A stretch of DNA of 57,165 bases, the filler included, from Jimgerdemannia flammicorona (Eukaryota): NCBI GenBank assembly GCA_003990765.1. It is 2 parts of 2 records of this genome, joined end to end, with 100 filler letters (N's around TTAATTAATTAA, not from the genome) between each part and the next. Parts side by side here need not be neighbours in the genome. Positions count along the whole stretch, not along the records: positions 28,643 to 57,165 come from RBNJ01000555.1; 1 more part is not named here. One strand, written 5' to 3'. Within the stretch, counting starts at the first letter, position 1. Each line of letters begins with the position of its first letter. This document shows positions 49,043 through 57,165 of this stretch, in pieces. The notes beneath the pieces are model-generated. The model worked only from the letters and a program-made list of their open reading frames with translations. It ran no database searches and was not told where the DNA came from. The position numbers and the translations under genes are program-made.

Positions 49043-49377
49043 TAGTATTTCTAAATCAAATTAAAGATCATTCAAATTGAATCAAATTGAAGATTTTTGA
49101 ATTTGAATTGAATTCAAATTGAATTAAATTTAAAACAAATTGAGGTCTGATTTAATTTGAAATATTTACTCCAAATTTAAAATATAATAATTTAATAAAA
49201 ATATGTCCAAATTTAATATTCTTTATTATATTAGATTTTCTATCATAAAATATATTAAATAAGCTAAAATTTATTAAATTTAAATATATTTTGATCAAGT
49301 TATTGAATTTTGAAAAATTAAATTTAAATTAGACTTTGAATTAAATTGGATCTCAATTTAATTTGTTCTAAATACTA
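49043..49377. mobile_element. hAT-type MITE
   Basis: TIR tagtattt..aaattaaa. Flanks tctaagct/cctagact both derive from cctaggct, which occurs once at the empty site in the 56085-57165 copy. Confidence 0.75.
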
Positions 49378-49501
49378 CCTAGACTAGCTATTATTCCACA
49401 ACTCAACTATGCTGGGTACAGTAGGACTGAATTACTCATATCTCATTCTATACACTATACTCTTTTTATTATTAGAGAGAAAATGACTATTTATCTATAA
49501 C

Positions 49502-49777
49502 TAGTACTCTCAAATAAATTAAATCAATTTGAATCAAATTGAATTAAGGGTTATTTAAATAAAATTGAATTGGGGATTTTTTAATTCAAATCAAGTTCAA
49601 ATTTAATTACCTTTAGCTTGTTAGATTCCTCTTATATAGAGGAATCTAATAAGCTAAAGATTATTAAATTTTGACATATTTTCATCAAGTTATTATATTT
49701 TAAAAAATGGAGTTTGAATTAAATCTCAAATTAAATTAGATCTTTGGTTTAATCAATTCAATTTATTGAGAGCACTA
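49502..49777. mobile_element. hAT-type MITE
   Basis: TIR tagtactctcaaataaatt / (rc) tagtgctctcaataaatt resembles the hAT ends. 8-bp TSD tctataac/cctataac. Confidence 0.85.
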
Positions 49778-52700
49778 CCTATAACTGAAGATATATGCTC
49801 ACAATCTCAATATATATATATAAGGCTATACTCAAGCCAATTTGTATAGTCTCTGCCATCCCAAAGAGAGTGATAGATAAAAAAAAAAAACCTCTCTCAA
49901 AGTACAAAACAGTGAGCAGGGCCTGGTTCTCTCAAATAAGATAAGTAAAAGACTTATACATAAGGTGAAAGGAGATCCTCAATACCCCACTACTCAAGTT
50001 TGTAAGCCTTAATTATATTATTATATCAGTTCTTAGTTTTAGTTAAGTGTAGCCAAAATATCTGATCTGGGTAGCCTCAGGCCCTCTAATAACTCTCAAC
50101 AATCAGAGCCTAACTATATATATTACTAAAAACTACTAAAAGTAATACCTACTATCTAACTACTCTATACTAATCAGAAGGTCTCACCAAGTAGTATGTA
50201 TCTATATTAGCCCTGATAATCATCTTTAGTCTAGTATCCTACTAGTTTATCATTATTACTCTTCTTTCTATCTATAATGACCATCTCTCCTCCCATTCTG
50301 ATTTTATCTAAAAAACAGCCATCTATATCAGAACTATACTTACTAAGAAGTTTGCCAAAGCTCAGAGAGCTCTATTACAGATACTGATAACTTGTAAGTA
50401 ATCTATACTAATACTTGATACTCAAGGTTAGCTAACTTCTTATATAATATATGATATATTATAATAATATCTTATTGATAATAATAAAAGAAAGAAATAA
50501 ATCTCTAATAAGTCAAAGATATTAGAAACTATGAAAAAGTAAAAAAAAAAGTACTGATCTAATACTGATAAAGAGGCAACTCATCACCATTATCTTTCTC
50601 CTACTATCCTGCAATAGGTATAGTAAACTAACCTAAGATAAAAAGGATAAAAGTTGTGAAAAAGAGACTTAGAAGATTGCTTATCAAATCTTGTAACTGA
50701 TATAGTAGTGGGAAATAGAGCTCTATAAGATATAATTCTTATTACAATTAGTGCTATTACTAGATAAACCAAAAGATATCTCACTTATCTCAAAGATATA
50801 AATATCCTGAATACTTCTCTAAGATCATTAAAATAAGAAACTCTTCTGATACAATATGCTCTGAATGTAAAAAAAGAAAGAAGAAATACAACTACTTACA
50901 GAAGACACTTATAACTGATATTGTAGAAGTATAAGTAATCTGGGAATAAAAATTAGCTAAAGAGGAGATCTTTGAACTAGAAGAACTCTCACTGAACACT
51001 ACTAGAAGGTGGTGATTTCTAGAATACTAAAGAAGGATCAAGTATAGTTACCATTGTTCTAAGATAAGAAATGAATCAAAAAAGAGCTTTTTAGCTAGGA
51101 ATATAGTAGTATCAAATGGTCTTCCACTCTTTTTGAGACTACTACTATCAGTACTACTTATTGGATTAGCAAAAAAGACAGAGATATTCTGAGCTAATAT
51201 CTCTAATAACTATTGTACAAATAACTACATTCTAAGAAACTACCACCATACTGACTAAAAAATCCTATAGAAGAGATCACTTTATCTGTACAGAAGTATA
51301 GTCTTTAGCTATCCTTTCTCCTATTTATAATAGGAATGACTGTCAATTCTCAAGATAGTAAGAAGTTAATAACCAAAAATAATATTTCTAAGTAATAAAA
51401 TACTATTACCACCTGAGCTGCTAAACTTACTAATATGAGAAGATATATCTCAGCCAAGATATCATAGAATATATATTCAAAAAAAGAGATGATAGAACTA
51501 AAATTTAAGAAGTAAGCCAGGAGATCAAAAAAAAAGGACCCTCAAGATCTATAATCTAGAAGATAATATCCTAGCTCTCATTAGACATACAACTAATCAA
51601 GGATTGATAAAGAATGCTATCAACTTTATAAAAGCTCTAGACTCTAATAAAAGAAGAGAAATTAACTACCTCTAAGATACCTCTACTAAAGCCAGATAGC
51701 TATATCTCAATATTAGAGTATAGAAACTTACAACCATAGGAGCCTTGGCTTAAGAACAATCTGTTCTTAGTAAGAATATTATATAGTATGTCTTACTATA
51801 CTCTAAAGCCAGACCCTCAATAAAATCCATAAGGAAGATATAGACTATGATTTTTGTAATCTTTGAGATAAAACTATCAGCCTTAGAAGTATAGTACTTC
51901 TTAGTATAGAACTTACCATATAGCTATCCAAAAGAACTTATATTCAACTGACCACAAGATCTAAACTTGTAAAATAAGGAGTTACTATAGATGGAGAAAC
52001 AATAGACCCTAGATATATAGGTGAAATCAAAATTATCTTGAAGAATAGTAGCTTTAAATAGATTTGAATCTATAGAGGAGAGAAAATTTCCCAAGTAGTT
52101 TTCATGAAGATCAAGATACTCCAACTTCAGAAAGTCTCTGAATTGACCCAAGGTACAAAACAGACTAAAGGATTTGGAAGCTCAAATAGAAAAGAGATAT
52201 ACCTCCTTTAAGTCAATTACTTCAAGAAGAATATACCTTGATAAGTATACTGTCAATCAGTCAAACTTCTCAAGAATCTTATCTTATAGTTAGAAGAATA
52301 GACTATCTTCAAAATCTTCCCACTATCAGATCCCAGAAATCTCTTTTTTGAATTAAATAAAGATCTCTGAAATCTTAATATAGAGGATATATATTCTCTA
52401 ATAAGATGAACTCTATATATTTCTGAACAATTAACTAAAGCTAAGATAGTCTCATTTTGTTAAAAGAAACTATCATAGATTATCTTGTATCCTGTCTCAA
52501 TCAAATATATAGAGAAGTCTATAAACTAAATCTATTAGAAAATAGCAAAAGATTCCAGAAGAAAGGAAGGACCTCTGAGAAAGTGAAGTCTTCTATCAAT
52601 ATTGAAGAAAAACTGATACATATCTCAGCAGTAATAGTAGCTAGTAGAACTCTTTCATAAATATTAGGTTATTTTTATTATAAACTATAGTAATCTACTA

Positions 52701-52835
52701 TATAACTCATTATATTACTATAGTCTAAATATAGGAAATATAATATCTATCTAATAGAAGTCTTATATAATACCCTACTTCTAAAGATATTTAAGAAAGA
52801 ATATATTTAAAAACTCTTAGACAATAGAGTTATCT

Positions 52836-55800
52836 ATCTTTCTCCAGTACTATTCAGGTTATATAACCTTCAAAAAGTACTTATAATATTGTTTTTAGAG
52901 AAAAGAGACTAGCAACATAGTAACTGACAGACAATCTGAAGTATATACTGAGCAGGGTAGCCTGGGCATGTTCAACTGACAGCATGTGGGAAGAGGCTCT
53001 GGCCTGGGGGAAAATATGAGAGAGCTGCTGGTAGGAGGATACAGAAGGGGAGGAAGCAGCAGTGGAGGACAGGGGTCTGGAAAAGTGAGCTTTGTGGAGA
53101 TAGTAAAGGAGAGACAGCAGGTATCTGGGCTGAAAGGATGGCTGAGAAAAGGCAAGGAGATGGGGAAGGCAATAGTATATGGAGTAGCCCTTGGTAGTGG
53201 GGGCAGTAGAGCTGGGGGTGTAGTGGCTGGAGTGAATATGACAGCTGATAGCAATAAGACTACCAAGCTGGAAAAAAATCCAGATGTGACTGTTAATGGC
53301 AGGGCTGAGTGGTTGGGGCTTGGAAGACAGGGGGGTTTGGCAGATAGTATGATGGACTTGGTAGTGGCCCTATTATTCAAGAAGTTGATCTTAGAGTTCA
53401 TGATTACACTGTACTTCTGGGGCCTAGCAGTGATGGCAAAAATGGTACTGGGGCTTATTACTAAGTAGGTGGCTAAAGTAGTATCAGTAAAGTTTCTGAA
53501 GGAATTAGAGAGAGTAGAGGTGGGCTTTGAGAAGACTGGGTCTTTAGAGGAGATACTGAAGACTGGATTAACTATTGGGAAGATATGTATTCCAATAGCA
53601 TATTGTCTGAGATAGTATCTCAGGATAGTGCAACTGCTAATAAAAGGAGTACCCATAGTAATAGTGGTAGAGATGAGGAGGAGAGTCAAGGAGGTCATGG
53701 CTGAGTATGGAGAGATAGTGAATATCAGATTCAGAGTCTGGGAAGAGACCTCATTCAGGACTGGAGATGTGGATGTGAGGATTTGGCTAGCAGAGAAGGA
53801 AGCTACCAGGAAAGCAAGGAACTGGCCTTTAGTGATGATCTGAGGGGTAATCTTGTACAAGGTGATGAGAGTGAAGAGAAGTGAGGAGGAGAAAGAGGAC
53901 TTATTAGAAGCACTGGAAGAGCTGAGTGGTGTGGTAGAGTGGCAAGTAAAGGCTTAGAAGGCTTTTGTAGAGTCAATACATTTGGAGGTAGTGGATGGAA
54001 AGCAGATTCAAGTAGATAAGAAACAGTGGGAAAGAGCACAGAGATATAAGAGGCAAAAAGAGCTACTGGCTAGGATGGAGGGTAGACCACAGAAGGATAC
54101 AGGTGGAATTGAGGAGGCAAGGGGTGTTAAAGCGAGTGTCTGGGCTAGTAAGGGTAGAGAGATTGTAGAGAAGGAGACTGGAGAGGACAGAGAGGTGACT
54201 GGCAATGATCTATATACTGATGGTACATTTGAGGTCTGAGGGGAGGCCTGGGAGGACTCACCTATCACTACCCCTCTTTTTAGGTAAGGTCTGGCTTCCC
54301 AAAGCAGAGTGGTAGAGAATGTGCCAATGTGGGGAGCCCAGTGAGTGTAATTTGGAGTTCCAGAGGTGGCAAAAGGGGGACAAGTGGTGGCGGTTAGAGA
54401 GGAGGAACTGGTGGATATTCTGGAGGTATGAGATGAGTTGGTAAGTGCAGGAGCTGACACTACAATGCTGGATAGAGGGAGGCCAGTGACTCCTAGAGAG
54501 AAGGAGGTGGGGAATCTACTTTGGTTGTATAGGATGATGAATAACTTAGTGGCTGAAGAGTTGGGGGAGGTGGACCTTAGAGTAAGAGTGATGAGCATTG
54601 GGCATAGATCCTACAGGGAGATGGAGTGGTGATGGTATTGAAGGCAGAAATCCTTGTAGTGTATCTGGAGGAAGAAGGGTATGAGGTAGATAAGGAGTAG
54701 GAGGCAAAGCTGGTAGGTATTACTAGTGAGAGGGCCAACTACTGCTGGACTAAGCATTATAGATTGCAGCTCTGGCAGGAGGCCTGCCTGAAGTACTGGG
54801 AGGAGTTTGAGGAAAAGACAGATGGAGAGATAAATGAGCTTTTGGATTAGAGGCTAAGAAGGCTGAAGAGAAGAAGGTATCTGTAGAACATAATCTGGAC
54901 ATGGTACAGGAAGAGATAAATATGAAGCAGTAGAGAATAGACTTGATAACATACCATATTTCTCTATAAATAGTATAATCAACATTTTTTCTTTAAATGT
55001 GAATAGGTTGCAGGGCTCTTCTTGATATAAGAACATTTTACTTAGCTGAAGAGATTGGAGGCCAATCTCTTCCTCTTGTAGGATGTTAGGTGTGAGGATG
55101 ATTTGAATAGGCTGAAATAGACAAAGGAATGGGGAGGTGAGGTAGTTTAGAAGGGCAAGGTTGGAATTCTGGTCTGGAGAGGCAGAGGGGAGATACATGA
55201 TGTGAGGAGCTGGAGAGATAGATTGGTCTGAAGAGAGTGGATACATAAAGGTTGGGAGCCAGTTATGGTGGGCTTCTATTACTACTCTGCTATATAGGGT
55301 GAGTGTGTAGATTGAGTGAAGGGTCTCCAGAAGAGTGGGGTTCTTGCAGATATGCTTGGTGGAGACTTCAATATTGTCAGAGATATACTAGTAGATAGAA
55401 CTGATAGAGGACAGGGAGCTGAGGGTAGAAGTGGAGGGCTGGCAGCATGAGAGGAAGTGGAAAGGCTAAATGCTCTAGTAGATACTGGCAGGGAGTATTG
55501 GGGGGATAGAAGGGTGTACATACATTGGGCAGGGGGCCTAGAGACAAGGATTGACTGGATTTTGATAGCAAGTTGCTGGGGTTTGGATATTTAGAAGTTA
55601 CTAGAGATAGAGTGGTGTCTATGGTCAGATCATTAGAAGCTGTTAGGACAGAGACATTTGGGGGAAGCAGGGATGGGTCTGGACATTGGTATCTCAATTT
55701 CTCTTTATTAGATGATAGGGTATAGTGGAATAAGTAGGCTGGGGACATTCAACTGAGGGTGGAGGGCTGGAGACAGAAAGGTATCCCAATTGGTGTCTGG

Positions 55801-56084
55801 TGGATGAGGATGAAAGAGATGGCCAGGGTCTACTGAAGTGAGGCTGATAAGGAGGCTGGGAGACAGAGGAGACAATAAGTGATATGGGCTTCTGTTAGAC
55901 TGGCTAAACTCTTAGAAGATTAGACAGAACTAGTGATGTTGGAGGAGAGAGAAGATTGGAGATTAATGTGGACAAAAATAGAGATTGGTGAATTATAATA
56001 GGTATTGTAGAAAGAGAAAGAGGCAAGAGTGCAGAGTTTGGTAGCATAGCTTCATTGGCAGAGTTTAGAGGAAGGAGAAAGGCT
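52836..56084 (+). mobile_element. LINE copy E (same subfamily as C, opposite orientation), interrupted at 56085
   Basis: 5' end atctttctccagtactattcagg. ORF1 fragments 52986..53468 and 53628..53843. Endonuclease GGDFN and TRIDW. Confidence 0.9.
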
Positions 56085-57165
56085 GCTCCTTTCTCCGCTA
56101 CCTTACCGGTCACAAGGTTTGGTAGGCGACCTTCCGAGTCCCCTTTCCCCTAATATTGCCCCCTCTACCTTGGGTTGGTTTGCTGTGCCTGCAGGGGCAT
56201 GGTGGGAGGAGGGCAATGGTGATGAGTTGCCCCTTTATTGGTGTCGGATCGGTGCTTCCTCCACTTTTTCGCGGATTCTGGTGCCTTCAGCTGCGTCTGG
56301 GGTGTACCCGTTTTGGTGTGGCACCTTCTTCCTTTTGCCGTTGCCAACAAGGAGTTGTCTCAGTGTGTCTCGGGCTACGTAGGGAGTCAGCCGACCTTGG
56401 GCGTCAAGTGCTCAGTGTAGGTTACCTGCAGGTCCTCGGTGCCTGTGGTGGGGCCCTCTGGCTTTGGCGAGCTTCCCGGCGAGCGCGGTTCTGGCGTAGG
56501 TGACTGCTTTTCAGATATTGTCGGGATGGGAGGGGAGATGGCTGTCACAGATAGGAGGAAGGGCGATTACGGTGAACCAGTAGGGTGCCAGGCTGGGGGC
56601 GGTCGTCGGGGCTGGAGCAGGTGCTGCTTCGGTGGGGCCTTTTGATTGGTGCAGCGTGGTTAGGTGGTAGGTGTCACTCTCGGCTTCTTTTGGCAGGTAG
56701 CAGGGTGAGGCCCCAGTCGTCAGGGGGGGTTGGGGGGCCCGAGGCTACCCATTTCAGGCATCTTGGCTGCACTCAACTGGAACCGGGAGCTGACATGGCA
56801 ACATGATCGAGGCCCGCAGGCTTGAGTAGTGGGGTATTGGGGATTTCCTCCCACCTCACGTGTAAGTCCTTTACTCACCTCGACTGGGAGAACCAGGCCC
56901 TACCCACCGTGTTGTACTTTGATGAGGGTTTTTCTTTGTCTGTCATTCTCTTTGGGGTGGCAGGGGCTATTCTATTCGGCTCGGGCGTGGCCTTGTACAT
57001 ACGTTGGGTTCTCAGGCGTGTGCTTTCGGTCGTTGGCATATGGTTGGGTTTCCCCTGGTGGTAGGGAGAGCATGGTGCGCAGAATGAGGTGCGGGCTTAT
57101 CAGCCCTGCTGCGCCTGGCATGGTCGAGCTGCTGGACAATAGCTAGCCTAGGTTAATGGGGGGGC
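56085..57165 (+). mobile_element. Young CpG-rich copy of the non-coding retroposon, running off the window end
   Basis: Starts gctcctttctccgctacc, at the same 5' point as the 50721 copy. Abrupt compositional shift from LINE E. Confidence 0.82.

Larger units (their letters stand above)
48901..50721 (-). mobile_element. Non-coding poly(A) retroposon, full-length decayed copy (~1.2 kb without its MITEs)
   Basis: ~34-nt T run at 48900-48934. 19-20-bp TSD tataagatataattcttat at 48882-48900 and 50724-50742. Colinear with the reverse complement of 56085-57165. Confidence 0.85.
47155..52835 (+). mobile_element. Very decayed gypsy remnant (gag knuckle, protease, dUTPase), split by a retroposon insertion
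   Basis: QCFYCGYFRYYATEY (~47707), ILINIGAV (~48407), IDGETIDPRYIGEI and KGFGSS (~51990-52185). Confidence 0.65.

Noticed and set aside
50744..51790. Integrase before RT (Gmr1-like order) in the decayed plus-strand gypsy
   Set aside because: Only a CxxC is visible; no DDE core motifs could be read.

Overview
Eukaryotic, most likely fungal, heterochromatin-like window made almost entirely of nested, mostly decayed transposable elements. No intact host gene is evident. The left half (1-28542) holds four Ty3/gypsy LTR retrotransposons. One is full length (3165-18422; gag-PR-dUTPase-RT-RH, then IN), and its 3' LTR is split by a 6.5-kb intron-containing hAT transposon with an exact 8-bp TSD. A 100-bp assembly linker (N44-ttaattaattaa-N44) follows, so the two halves may not be contiguous. 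The right half holds five L1/Tx1-like LINE copies (three nested), another LTR, a decayed dUTPase-bearing gypsy, two hAT-type MITEs and two copies of a ~1.2-kb non-coding poly(A) retroposon. Older copies show heavy C>T/G>A decay. The most notable observations are: (1) a U6 snRNA-like gene inside a gypsy LTR, with a tRNA-like fold upstream of the same LTR; (2) a homologous ~270-370 aa ORF inside the LTRs of three different gypsy families; (3) a probable TET/JBP-like 2OG-Fe(II) dioxygenase passenger gene inside the hAT; (4) integrase encoded as a separate ORF with a stop/start overlap in two families; (5) a non-coding retroposon sharing its 5' end with the LINEs. All calls were made by eye, with no database searches.
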